DNA of 63,898 nucleotides, counting the filler, from Octopus bimaculoides (taxonomy: Eukaryota): NCBI RefSeq assembly GCF_001194135.2. It is 9 parts of 7 records of this genome, joined end to end, with 100 filler letters (N's around TTAATTAATTAA, not from the genome) between each part and the next. Parts side by side here need not be neighbours in the genome. Positions count along the whole stretch, not along the records: positions 27,178 to 56,432 come from NC_068991.1; positions 56,533 to 57,773 come from NW_026392629.1; positions 57,874 to 61,384 come from NW_026321431.1; positions 61,485 to 62,740 come from NC_068990.1; positions 62,841 to 63,898 come from NC_068985.1; 4 more parts are not named here. One strand, given 5' to 3'. The notes beneath the pieces were generated by a model. It ran no database searches and was not told the origin of the DNA. It was given only the letters and a program-made list of their open reading frames with translations. The stretch's first letter is position 1. Every line of letters begins with the position of its first letter. A program made the translations under genes and the position numbers. Of this stretch, positions 51,950 to 63,558 are shown one piece after another.

Positions 51950-52048
51950 GCCATAGACATAATCAATGATGTAGCTAACCATTTGGGGATCAAATATTCT
52001 ACAAAGAAGTTAACCATTTTTCATGAAGATGAAGTAGAATTAATAAAG
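51950..52048 (+). CDS. SPTLC2: SPTLC2 C-terminal exon (AIDIINDVANHLGIKYSTKKLTIFHEDEVELIK)
   Basis: ttgccag acceptor, in frame with the previous exon; corresponds to LCB2 ALKEIDEVGDLLQLKYS. Followed by AAG|GTAAGC donor, or by read-through to TAA at 52073-52075. Confidence 0.88.
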
Positions 52049-52295
52049 GTAAGCTTTGTTCTTTTCTTCAATTAAACATGAAAAACAGTAACGTTTCTAC
52101 AATTATGTGATGCCTATGAGTGATTGGCTTGCAGGGTGCCAGCCTACAGACTCCAGCTTGTTGACTTTCAAAAATTTTGTTTTATAAATAGTTTTAAAGA
52201 TCACATAGTTTACTTCAAACATTGTCATTGAAATAGTAGAATGATAAAAGCTTCCTTATCCCAAACTTGAAAAGAAAATTTTAATTTCATTACAG

Positions 52296-52385
52296 GTGTG
52301 TATGAAAAATGAAGTTTCAAAGGAGTATTGTTTCTTTTTACATGTCTTTGTTTTGATGAATATTTTTGTTGCTAATCAATGTTGA
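52296..52385 (+). CDS. Possible SPTLC2 terminal coding exon (VCMKNEVSKEYCFFLHVFVLMNIFVANQC*)
   Basis: ttttaatttcattacag acceptor 247 nt after the 52048 donor, open to TGA. No homology support; one of three possible endings. Confidence 0.3.
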   Translation: MCMKNEVSKEYCFFLHVFVLMNIFVANQC

Positions 52386-54478
52386 GACTATGAATTTGTG
52401 CTGCTTTCAGAATTTTATTTATTGAATTTAATTCCCTCACACTTCTTCACCACCATTCTGTCTCCTTTCCAATTGCAGTAGCCATGTATCTCCTCTACAG
52501 CAAGACACCTGTGTCTGTCATACTTTAACCGCTTATCACTATGCACAATGCCACTGCCCTCAATATTGCAGCCCCCACCCTCTCAGTCAAGAGAGCAGGA
52601 ATTGGGGAAGGCACTTGGCTTTGGTGTTTAGGGTGGTCTTGGATAGTGAGGTTCCCCAACTGTCCCTAAAGGACCACATCATTATCATCTTTTATTACTC
52701 CTATGTATACTTCTTTTCCTTGTTTTATTGTATATTGTGTATACTTCTTGTTTTTTTTTTTACATTTAATTCTATGTAAATCCCCACATTTCATATGTCT
52801 TTGTATTGCTCTGGTAGCAAATAGAATTATTATTATTTTCAGTCATTATCTTCATAGGAAGCTTTATCTTGTTCTTCAGAACTATTTGGTTTATAAAACT
52901 GACCATTTCATGCCCAATCCATGACCATGAATACAATTTCTGCTTGCTGTAGTCAACATTGTTGTATACTTTAATTGTACATTAACATGTTTGAAATAGA
53001 AATTTCTCATGATTACAGTTCAATTGCTGTAAAATAGGAGCACAAGCAACAAATATGTGAGCTATGCTTATAGGCCAACAATGGTTTTCTCAAGAAAAAA
53101 AAAGAAGCATATCTCCCATTCTTTGTTGTTCCTGCATGTATTCTATTTGTTGTTCTTTCATTTGATGGAGTACTAACAATATTTGTGGATCAGCCATTTT
53201 ATTAATTTTCACTAAGCTACTTTTTGCATAGATTTTCATTTACTGTTGCCTGAAAGTGCAACAAAATTGACATAATTTGTTGTAAACAATTGTAACAAGT
53301 TGAGATGAAAAGAACACTATCAATAATGACAAAGATGAAATATTGATAATTTTCAAATATAGAAATCTACATTTTAATCACACTCTGAGAAACAATCTCA
53401 CTTCAGACATCAGTTTTACTATAACAACAAATAAGAAATGTTATGGTAGCAGCTAGTGATCAGTTGGTAGAATGTTATTGTCTTATCTACAGCCTTGAAT
53501 CTGTTGTTCTTTTAGAAACCAGTACATTTTGTTTTAAAATGTAGCTACCTCTTTTTCACAGAACAGGGCTGCAACATATTAATCAACTTTCATTTATTCA
53601 TTTGAGGGTAGCAAATCAGTTTACACATGTTAAAAATATACTTAAAATACAAGCAATAAAACAATGTACAAGATACAAAACATTTATTTAAATTTAAATA
53701 TAAACATTTCAAAAATAAAGATTTTTGTATCATAGATGAGTTGGTATGAAAATTATATTCATTGAATGCCATCTTAATTTTATTATCCCTACCTTATACT
53801 TATCTTCTTTCTTGTCCTACAGTGATTGCTGTACCTTGCTGAGACAGGCACATACATCTTGTGTTGTTGGCTGCCTCCCTCTTCACCCAAGAATCACTAC
53901 CACTACTTGCCATGCATTGTCTACTTCAAGTTGGTAATTTGCGGATGGATTTGAAATTTTAGCCTGAATTCTCTTGTTGCTGATAAATTTATTGACCACT
54001 TTTTCATCTGCTTGACAAAGTCTATAGCTACATGAGCTAGGGCTTGTATCAAATATGCACTTATTGGTTCTTCTCTCTCCTTTGTGTACATACATCTGTG
54101 TATATATATATATATATCAATATATGCATGCACACACACACATACACACACACTCTCTCTATCTTTCTCTCTCTCTCATAATTGCAAAAATTGTAACCCT
54201 TACACACCATTACATTCTTTTCACAAAGATAACCAATGCTGCTTCCTACCATCTTTCTGTTAATTCTCCTCATTACACTTCCATTAATACAGAAAAAGCA
54301 AAATTATTTTTACAACCGCAGATCAAATGATCATTGAAGATTTATTCTGAAACTTATCAAGGACAGTCAGTGACTTTTTTTTTTTTAATAAAATATAATA
54401 AAATATAACAGTTTCTAAGTATTCGATTTGTTTTCATTAATATGAAGGACTGATCTTTACAATTCTATATACTAAGAA

Positions 54479-54514
<36 letters not shown>

Positions 54515-55845
54515 CACACACATACACATGCATAATTCAATTTTTCCTTTTGTTTTTTATTATCAATTTTGCTCCAATATTATATAATTTCATTAATTGT
54601 TGTTAAGATTCCTGTATTTGGATAAAAAAAAATCCTTTTAGTTCTTTACAAGGATTCTTTTATTTCCCTGTTTTCCTATATATAGAATTTCTTTTTCAAC
54701 ATTTTCTTTCTATGGAAAGGAATCTACATATTGAGATATTTGTTTGGAAATTGGGACATGTGGTATAAATGAAGGTCTTCTTTGTATGTAAAATGTTAAA
54801 CATTTATGTGTGTCTGTAGATATATACATATATATTTATAAATACACTGATATATATCTCTATGTGTATGTACATGTGTATAGAAAAGTATGTATGTGTA
54901 CACACACATGAACACACAACTGTCTGACAAATGGTTTGTGAAACTCTAAGTAACAGTTTCTGAAGATTTTTCAGCTTCAATAAAATAGTATTTTACTCTA
55001 CCTTTGGTATTCGAGTATTATTTTCTCACCTTTTACACCCGTGTTAACATGTGTTTATATATAATAATAATAGTAATAAAAGTGCAATTCTGTCTGGGAA
55101 CCCCTGCATCGCTGTATCTCAGTCAATATTTGCTCTACATGGACATATTGTATTTTTTTGGAATCGAGATGATCCTGGGATTGAAAATCTCTTCATTTGG
55201 TTCTTGAACATTCAGCATTGGAATCTGATTTAAAAGTATTCAGGTTGCTATTTCTAGCAGGCAAAGCTTGGCTGGTTCATGCCATCTTGGTTGGAGTTTG
55301 TCAAATGACGTCAGATAGATAAATAACATTTGCTTCGTTAATTTTACATCGAGATAACTTTGGGGGCAAATTAGCCAGTAGTTGGAATTCAACTTAGGAC
55401 TGGAACAATGGAATAATTGCATTAGAGAATTAATTCTCGTCCATCCTTAATCTCTGATCAAACAACACTGGGATATATAGTCATTATAGATGTATTATAG
55501 TCATGCTCTCTTTAGTTTTGGGGTACAAGCCCAATTAGCACCTCTGCAGGTGCTAGCTTAAAAGTCCACTAGTATATAATAATAACAATGATAGTAGCAA
55601 CAGAAGCAGTATTAATACCAAAAGGTAATCTTGATTTCAAATTTAACATGGTAGTTGTGTTAGAACACAGACAAGTGTGTTATTTCCCTTGAGAGGATCT
55701 CTCAGAAGAACCTATGGTGCATAGAAGCACTCCTAATTATATTGTTGATTGATGAGAACCATTGCCACTAGATTTCTCAATTATTTTCCATTTAATCACA
55801 GATGGAGTACTTTTTTGTTGAATTTTCTATCACGGATCAGTACAT

Positions 55846-55876
<31 letters not shown>

Positions 55877-55894
55877 TTATACACACACACATAC

Positions 55895-56060
55895 ATACAT
55901 ACGTGTGGAAGATACCGGAGGGGCTAGCACCAAACTTTGGAAGTGAGAGCTATACCAGACCTCAAAATGCACTGTTCCAAAAGTCTCAGGCAAGGAAAAT
56001 GTACTGCAATAGCTTGGGATTCAAGGGCCCACAGCTATTTAACTTCTTGCCAAAACCCAT
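55895..56060 (+). mobile_element. 3' fragment of CR1/L2-type LINE
   Basis: WKIPEGLAPN...YCNSLGFKGPQLFNFLPK matches the post-RT WKILEGLVPN..G..LFN.LP motif. Confidence 0.7.
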
Positions 56061-56126
56061 AGAAGTGGCCACTTACAAGGTGATTATACTGGCAGTGCCC
56101 CAGCATGGCCACAGCCTCAAGCCTGT

Positions 56127-56161
<35 letters not shown>

Positions 56162-56859
56162 TACTGCCCACGTATCAAAACCATAATGATATCTGGGGTA
56201 GCAGATAATGGGGGTATGTTGGATTGTTTGTATGGCTGTTTTTGTATACATGGAATAGTATTATAACAACTTTTGATGTATATATGTATATACATACCTA
56301 TATACATATATGTACGTAGGTGTATACATGCCTATATACATATATGGACGTAGGTGTATACATATATGTACATAGGTATATACATATCTATATATATATA
56401 TATATCATCATCATCATCATCATCATCGTTTANNNNNNNNNNNNNNNNNNNNNNNNNNNNNNNNNNNNNNNNNNNNTTAATTAATTAANNNNNNNNNNNN
56501 NNNNNNNNNNNNNNNNNNNNNNNNNNNNNNNNGATTTCGAATTGTTTTGTCAAATGATCAACAAATAACCAACTTTGAGAAGGCAACACAAGGAACAACT
56601 TACTCTGTCTGAACGTCTTTCTATCATGCTTTTCGCACCTTCAATGTCCCCGGCTTCAATTTTCTNNNNNNNNNNCTTCAATTTTCTCCTTGATTCCTTT
56701 AATGTCCATGTCTTTTGAATAAAAAATTAAAAAAACACAAATGAGATGATGAACCTCAAACATTGATTCACAAATGGACTCTACGTCCTNNNNNNNNNNA
56801 TGAGATGATGAACCTCAAACATTGATTCACAAATGGACTCTACGTCCTTACAAAATGAG

Positions 56860-57773
56860 GCATTAAGCCTCTTACCCTTTTTTTCAAAAAAGGGTCACAA
56901 CTTAAGGCTTCTTACTTCCTTGCCCGACTAGGCACACCCTGCCTCATTCCAGCCCCTGGACGGTGTCAAGTCGGGGCACTTTAGTACAAATTTAAATATA
57001 TCCTCGGGGAAGGAGTTCATTATTCTGCACAAGTCAGTTTCCCCTATGACCTCAGCAGTCACCTGCAGAGGCCAATCAGGGTCCTCAGTGCAGGACAGAA
57101 CCTTTTCCCTCCGGCCCCTTTTTTTTTTCACCTTCTTTACGAAGTGCTCTAAAGCCCCTCCCTTGTGAAAGAGGATTAGAAATTCCTCATCTATTACATA
57201 GGAAGGGGCCACAGTTTCTTCTGTCAGTGGCACAATTCCCACCTATGGGGTTTCGGGACATGCCGGCAGAGTGTTAGTACTTGACCTCCCCCCTGGAGAT
57301 GAATTTTATAGATGGCAGATACTCCGACAACTCTTTTTCAATTTTGTATCTTTTTAAAGAGGGCGATGGTGTCGAACGACTTTGAATAAGTCCTCAACAC
57401 CACCGTCCAATCTTCAAAGTCTTTTATCCACTGTTTGGGTGCGATAATCTCCCACTCCAACGCAGTGTTGTTCATCTTTTTTNNNNNNNNNNTTTTTTGC
57501 CATGTTTTTGGAGGAAAAAAGTCCACAGAAAAACAAAAGTTGAAAGAGTTCCCAAAAAACAAAAAACAAAAATGAAGGAAGGAAGGAAGAAGAAAGGAAA
57601 ACAGTTCAAAAACAGAGCAAACTATTCTTCTGGCCGTCTTGGTACTCCTGGCCAACTCGGTAATTCACTTGGTAAGCCAGGGCACAAAGCAGTCACACAA
57701 CAATTTCACCAAAACGTGGGTAAAAAATAAGCACAAAGTTCGCCATTATAGAAGGAGGGATACGCCCCCCCCC
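56860..57773 (-). mobile_element. Second, internally deleted copy of the ORF1-only element
   Basis: LEWEIIAPKQWIKDFEDWTVVLRTYSK aligns with LEWELCPPKKWIREMEERMVVLRTYSK. Shares gtgggaattgtgccac and a C-terminal WP.Q..AEV...DL.RIM.SF.ED motif, stop at 56928-56930, and 3' UTR aagagg.tta.tgcctca. Confidence 0.8.
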
Positions 57774-58042
57774 NNNNNNNNNNNNNNNNNNNNNNNNNNN
57801 NNNNNNNNNNNNNNNNNTTAATTAATTAANNNNNNNNNNNNNNNNNNNNNNNNNNNNNNNNNNNNNNNNNNNNCACACACAGACATACACATACACATAC
57901 ATTTAAGCCGTCTATGAGTCCATAACTTAGGAAAAAATGCACTCGTATATCTGTCAGAGGAGTGAGTATATTATCTGAAGTGTACAGTATTATATATCCA
58001 TTACAGCCGATCTTAACAGTCGGCTTCGCACTAGGGCTCAAC

Positions 58043-58128
58043 GGCTACCTCTGAAGAGCGCAGAGTTAAATAATCGAACTGTTACCTAACACTCCGTTGG
58101 ACCCCTAGTGCGAAACCGGTTGGTTGGA
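58043..58128 (+). ncRNA. Type I hammerhead-like motif inside a long inverted repeat
   Basis: gctacct-CTGAAGA-gcgc...gtgc-GAAA-CCGG-TT-ggttgg. Stem II base gcgc/gtgc and palindromic stem III ACCGGT are present; stem I is imperfect. Confidence 0.5.
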
Positions 58129-58224
58129 TCGGCCATAACGGATATATAATAATATACACTTCGGATAATATATATATATTTATATATACATATTTATATT
58201 CATTCATGCATACACACAGACAGA

Positions 58225-58825
58225 GGCGCAAGCGTGGTTCTGTGGTTAGTAGTTAGCTTCTGAACCATAAGGTTCCGGGTCCAGATCTTCTACGATAGCC
58301 ATGGGCCGACCAAAAACCGTGTGAGTGGATTTGGTAGACGGAAACTGAAAGAAGAGCCCACCGTATATATANNNNNNNNNNNNNNNNNNNNNNNNNNNNN
58401 NNNNNNNNNNNNNNNNNNNNNNNNNNNNNNNNNNNNNNNNNNNNNNNNNNNNNNNNNNNNNNNNNNNNNNNNNNNNNNNNNNNNNNNNNNNNNNNNNNNN
58501 NNNNNNNNNNNNNNNNNNNNNNNNNNNNNNNNNNNNNNNNNNNNNNNNNNNNNNNNNNNNNNNNNNNNNNNNNNNNNNNNNNNNNNNNNNNNNNNNNNNN
58601 NNNNNNNNNNNNNNNNNNNNNNNNNNNNNNNNNNNNNNNNNNNNNNNNNNNNNNNNNNNNNNNNNNNNNNNNNNNNNNNNNNNNNNNGTGTGTGCGTGTG
58701 TGTGCACGTACATGCGTGTATGTGTGTGTGTGTGTGGGTGTGTTTGTTTCCAGCCACTGCTTGACAACCGGTGTAGGTGTGTTCACGTCCCCGAAACTGC
58801 AGTTCGTCAAAAGACATCGATAGGA
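58225..58825 (+). mobile_element. Family B SINE spanning an N gap
   Basis: Head at 58225-58365 and 3' part ccactgcttgacaaccggtgt..cacgtcccc at 58740-58825. Confidence 0.8.
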
Positions 58826-58829
58826 TATA

Positions 58830-58865
58830 ATATTAATATTAATAATAATAATAATAATAATAACA

Positions 58866-58922
<57 letters not shown>
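58830..58922. repeat. (AAT)n microsatellite
   Basis: Read directly. Confidence 0.98.
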
Positions 58923-58924
<2 letters not shown>

Positions 58925-58926
<2 letters not shown>

Positions 58927-59290
58927 CAAGAGCACTCAGAGAGTGAAAACCTCCGCTAAGGCAACACCAACGTCCTCTCAACGATTAGCCAGAGATGATT
59001 TTTAGAATGAAAATATCTGAAATAAACTCGACCGCTCTCACAAACGAGAATATTAGAAATGAACCCGATCGCTCTCAAAAATTAAGTTAGAAAACAGGAA
59101 AAATAATCCAGAATTCTTGTCCGGTACAGGATCGATCCCAAAATCTAATCAGTTTGTACCAGTCATGAGGTCAAACATCCTTGAAAGTTTCATCTGAATC
59201 CATCCAGCGGCTCTTGAAATATCTTGTCCACAGACAAACAAACAAACACGACTGAAAACAATACTTCTGCCTTCGCTAAGGCGGGGGTAA
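58925..59290 (+). mobile_element. Non-autonomous pearl/HINE-like (Helentron-type) element
   Basis: Starts AACAAGAG. Subterminal inverted pair acctccgc (58949-58956) and gcgggggt (59281-59288), 3' stem-loop ctgcctt-cgct-aaggcgg, and an ACAR microsatellite before the 3' end. Confidence 0.55.
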
Positions 59291-59319
59291 TAATATAATA
59301 ACAATAATAACAATAGAGA

Positions 59320-60860
59320 AAATTAATATCAAAAAAGGAATTTCCCAGAGGGACTCTTTGTCCCCTTTAATATTTGTCCTATGTTTAATCTCCTGCAGTT
59401 TAATATTAAAGAAGGGAAAGTCAGGGTATCAGTTTAGAAATAGTAAGGGAAAAATTAACCATTTGCTCTACATGGATGATCTGAAGCTTTTTAGTAAGAA
59501 TGAAAAAGAGATTCCTTAATGCAGACTGTAAGACTCTTCAGCAAAGATACAGGCATGGAATTTGGCATAGATGAGTGTGCAATATTAGTCATGAGAAGGG
59601 GACAGGTAGCCAACAGCGAAGGCATCCAGCTACCAGATGGCCAGACATTAAAATTATTGAAAGGAGAAGAGAGTTATAAGTATCTAGGAGTATTAGAACC
59701 TGACAGAGTACTAAATACAGAAATGAAAATTGAGGAGTACAGCGGAATTGTGAGGAAGCTAATGAAGTCAAAGCTAAATGGTTCGAATCTAGTGAAAGCT
59801 GCGAATACTCGGGCAGTATCATTACTTAGACACTCAGCAGATTTTGTAGATTGAACAAAAACTGAATTAGAAAAGCTAGACAGAAGAACTAGGAAGGAAT
59901 TCAAAATGAATGGAGGACTCCACTCAAGGGCAGGAGTAGGAATATTATACTTAGAAAGGAAGGTGGAAAAAGGTTAATATCAGAAGAAGACTGTGTGAAG
60001 CTATTTAGAGTAGATAGACTCTTCTATAAGTAATAGTGAAGAAAGTTTATTAAAAGCTGCTAGAGTCACAGCAAGACACAGGGAAACCAAAAACCCAAGC
60101 GAAGTTAAAAACCCGAAAAAAGAACAGAAATTATCTGACTGGCAGGAGAAGGCGCTGCATGGTAGATTCCCGAAGATAGTTGCAACAAATAGAAGCAGTG
60201 ACACATGGTTATGGTTGCAGAAAGGAAAGCTGAAAAGGGAGACAGAAAGTTTGTTAGTAGATGCATAATATCAAGCATTAAGGACTAATTGAATAAAAGC
60301 CAAAATAAACAAAAACAAACTAGATTCCCAGTGTAGATTATGCAAATCAAAAGAGGAAATCGTTATTCATATAGTAAGTGAATGTAGTATGCTGGCACAG
60401 GAAGAATACAAGAAAAGACATGACAGTCTAATTCACTGGGATTTGAAAATACTGATAAATGGTATGTACATGAACTTAGTAAAGTACTAGACAGTAAGAA
60501 ATATAAGATGTTGTGAGACTTTGATATTCAGCTTAACAGAGTAATAAAATCTAGAAGACCTGATTTAGTAGTAGTAGTAGACAAAGAGAATAGAAAGTGC
60601 CAGATAATTGACTTTAGAGTCCCAAATTATGAAAAAATTAATAGAGAGGTATAGAAAAAATAGCAAAGTACCAGGACCTAACCATTGAATTACAGAGACT
60701 ATGGAAAGTGCGGGGTAAAATGTAGGAACTGTCCCTAAAGTTCTGAACAGATAGATAGAAGAAACGAACATAAAATCCAGTTTAGTACAGCTCCAGAAAA
60801 TAGTGTTATTAAGGGGACAGTTAGGGTATTTAGGAGGGTTCAAGGCATCTAAGGTTATTT
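59320..60860 (+). mobile_element. Decayed 5'-truncated R4/Dong-like LINE (RT, CCHC zinc motif and restriction-like endonuclease)
   Basis: KGISQRDSLSPLIF, KINHLLYMDDLKLF, FSKDTGMEFGIDECA, CRLCKSKEEIVIHIVSEC and RPDLVVVVDKENRKCQIID motifs, with stops and frameshifts. Ends in a (GAT)n(AAT)n tract. Confidence 0.9.
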
Positions 60861-60918
60861 GTTGTAGCCCGATGTTAGTATTTTTTTTCTTTTCCAACTG
60901 TTTAATCCGTTGTGTATA

Positions 60919-60935
60919 TGATGATGATGATGATG

Positions 60936-61008
<73 letters not shown>
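60919..61008. repeat. (GAT)n(AAT)n microsatellite at the LINE 3' end
   Basis: Read directly. Confidence 0.98.
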
Positions 61009-61098
61009 TAAGCGACTTTGATACTTGGTTGTTAATGTTGAATGTCTTTCACGATAATTAACGACCAAGTATCAAAGCTTATAATGTGCGGAAAGAGA

Positions 61099-61194
61099 CC
61101 CTGGGAGAACTCTGGAAACCCTGGGAGACCTCTGGAAACCCTGGGAGACCCTGGGAGACCCTGGGAGATCCTGGGAGACCCTGGGAGACCTCTG
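61099..61194. repeat. 10-bp minisatellite (CCCTGGGAGA and variants)
   Basis: About 9.5 abutting units with CTCTGGAAA variants; no spacers. Confidence 0.9.
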
Positions 61195-61281
61195 GCAACA
61201 GTCTGCTGTCCGCTCTCACAGAATCTACCAGAACAAACAACCGAACGTTCTGAGAAGTAAAACAACAAGAACAACAACAGC

Positions 61282-61341
<60 letters not shown>

Positions 61342-61345
61342 CATG

Positions 61346-61384
<39 letters not shown>

Positions 61385-61484
61385 NNNNNNNNNNNNNNNN
61401 NNNNNNNNNNNNNNNNNNNNNNNNNNNNTTAATTAATTAANNNNNNNNNNNNNNNNNNNNNNNNNNNNNNNNNNNNNNNNNNNN

Positions 61485-61537
<53 letters not shown>

Positions 61538-61649
61538 TCTCTCTTATTCCTCTTCGAGCCTGACTGTTTAATTTTTGTAGAATATTACTAATTCAATATT
61601 TCATTCAGTAAATATTAAACATGGCAGTGCAACTTCTCCGTATTAATTT

Positions 61650-61872
61650 AACAACTGTTTTTGGTGCCACATAAAAAGGATTCAGTGCCATGTAAGAATC
61701 ACTGGTGCCACATAAAAAGCACCCAGTACATTCTGTAAAGTGGTTGGCGCTAGAAAGGGCACCCATCTGTAGAAACCATGACAAAACGGAGTCTGGTGCA
61801 GCTCCTATCAAACTGTCCAACCAATGCCAGCGAGGAAAACGGATGAGAAATGGGGATGATGATGATGATGAT
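61650..61872 (+). mobile_element. RTE-tail SINE fragment, diverged
   Basis: ggtgccacataaaaagcaccc...gtggttggcgctagaaagggcacc..., ending in (GAT)n. Confidence 0.7.
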
Positions 61873-62456
61873 GATAAATCTCACTGGATTGACCTTATTG
61901 ACCTTCCCTTCTGTCCATCAAAGAGTGATAAAAACCGCAACCAATCAATTTGGAGCTCTATATCGGAATTATCCAAGACTGATTAGGCTACCAAGATTTT
62001 GCTAAAGTACTTTCCACTAAAGCTTACTTGATTTTAATACAATTTAGTCAAATAAAAAGAAGCAGGCCCATAACCTTTGCAATCCCTTCTAAAGAGATTC
62101 ATGTGGTTGATATTCAGCCTGAACATCACCATCTTTAGTAACCTTCGAACAAAACAGTTTTCTAGTTTTGTAAACTAAAGAAGCATTCAGCAGTTGATTA
62201 GTGCTCCTACTTGAATCCCTCTTTTAAGAGATAACTTGATGTGTGTTTTTTTTTTACCTCTTCATGTGTCACTTGAGATCTGTTGAAGAAATATCTTTAG
62301 TTTTTAATTTACCTTCTCATTTTTATTTCTTACAAGGTCAGGTTTTTATTATTCATCTCATTTTGAACCACAAACCAAATATAAATGTATTCTTTATTGA
62401 AAGAAGCCATAATATGAACAGTATTTCTTTTAATTAAAATCCTTCTTTCTTTACAG

Positions 62457-62561
62457 CAAGCAGTGATTGACAACGAACGACGGAAAAAGCTAGAATTTGC
62501 TGCTGTTGATGATGTCTTACCACCAACTCTGCAAAAGAAGAAGGAAAAGCGATTAAAAACA
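62457..62561 (+). CDS. Orphan internal exon candidate of an unidentified gene (QAVIDNERRKKLEFAAVDDVLPPTLQKKKEKRLKT)
   Basis: Strong polypyrimidine acceptor ccttctttctttacag, 105 nt phase 0-0, GT donor at 62562. Non-repetitive protein-like sequence. Confidence 0.5.
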
Positions 62562-62569
62562 GTGTGTAT

Positions 62570-62717
62570 CATCGTCGTCGTCGTCGTCATCATCATCATC
62601 ATCATCGTCGTTGTTGTTGTTGTTGTTGTTGCTGTTGTTGTTGTTGTTGTTATTGTTATTGTTATTGTTATTATTGTTGTTGTTGTTGTTGTTGTTATTA
62701 TTATTATTATTATTATT
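62570..62717. repeat. Compound (CGT)/(CAT)/(GTT)/(ATT) microsatellite
   Basis: Read directly. Confidence 0.96.
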
Positions 62718-63096
62718 CAGTAGTTTTATTTTTATAACGTNNNNNNNNNNNNNNNNNNNNNNNNNNNNNNNNNNNNNNNNNNNNTTAATTAATTAANNNN
62801 NNNNNNNNNNNNNNNNNNNNNNNNNNNNNNNNNNNNNNNNCAATGGAAGGCCGTTTCATTCGATTATATCATGTTAATGCTATAGCAGTTCATGTTGATT
62901 ATCAATTTCTTTATATCTGTTTACCATCTTTCTTTCGTTGCCTGTTTTCGTCTGTACGTAATCCATTGTTGTAATCAGTCTTTCAACGCCTTCTATTTCG
63001 TATATCGCCGAGACAATTGAGAAGGAACTTCCTTGGAGAATGTTTATCCTTCCATAATCCTTTTCCTCTCTCCGCAACCCCACCCTCTCTTTCTCT

Positions 63097-63143
<47 letters not shown>

Positions 63144-63419
63144 TCCACACACACACACACACATTTTCACGTAGATGTTCTATTTTTTATTCATACACAG
63201 TGCACCCGCTATGGCACTTGCTAATTATGTATATATGTATGTATGGATGTATGCATGTATGTATGCATTTATGCATGTATGTATGCATATATGCATATAT
63301 GCATGTATATATATGTGTGTATGTGAGTATGCACGTATGAATGTATGCATATGTATGTATGAATGTATGTATGTATGTATGTTATGTAGGTATTATGGAT
63401 ACATGCATGTATGTATGTG

Positions 63420-63420
63420 C

Positions 63421-63458
<38 letters not shown>

Positions 63459-63492
63459 GTCTATCTATCTATCTGTCTGTCTGTCTGTCTAC

Positions 63493-63557
<65 letters not shown>

Positions 63558-63558
63558 A
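63420..63558. repeat. (CTAT)/(CTGT)n microsatellite
   Basis: Read directly. Confidence 0.97.

Noticed and set aside
53883-55422. Short minus-strand ORFs downstream of SPTLC2 as a convergent gene
   Set aside because: No recognisable homology and no consistent splice chain; probably 3' UTR or intergenic.
56741-56849. Direct repeat of about 49 bp
   Set aside because: The two copies flank a 10-N gap, which is typical of an unmerged contig overlap.
61099-61194. CRISPR-like repeat array
   Set aside because: Units abut with no unique spacers, the context is eukaryotic and there are no cas genes.
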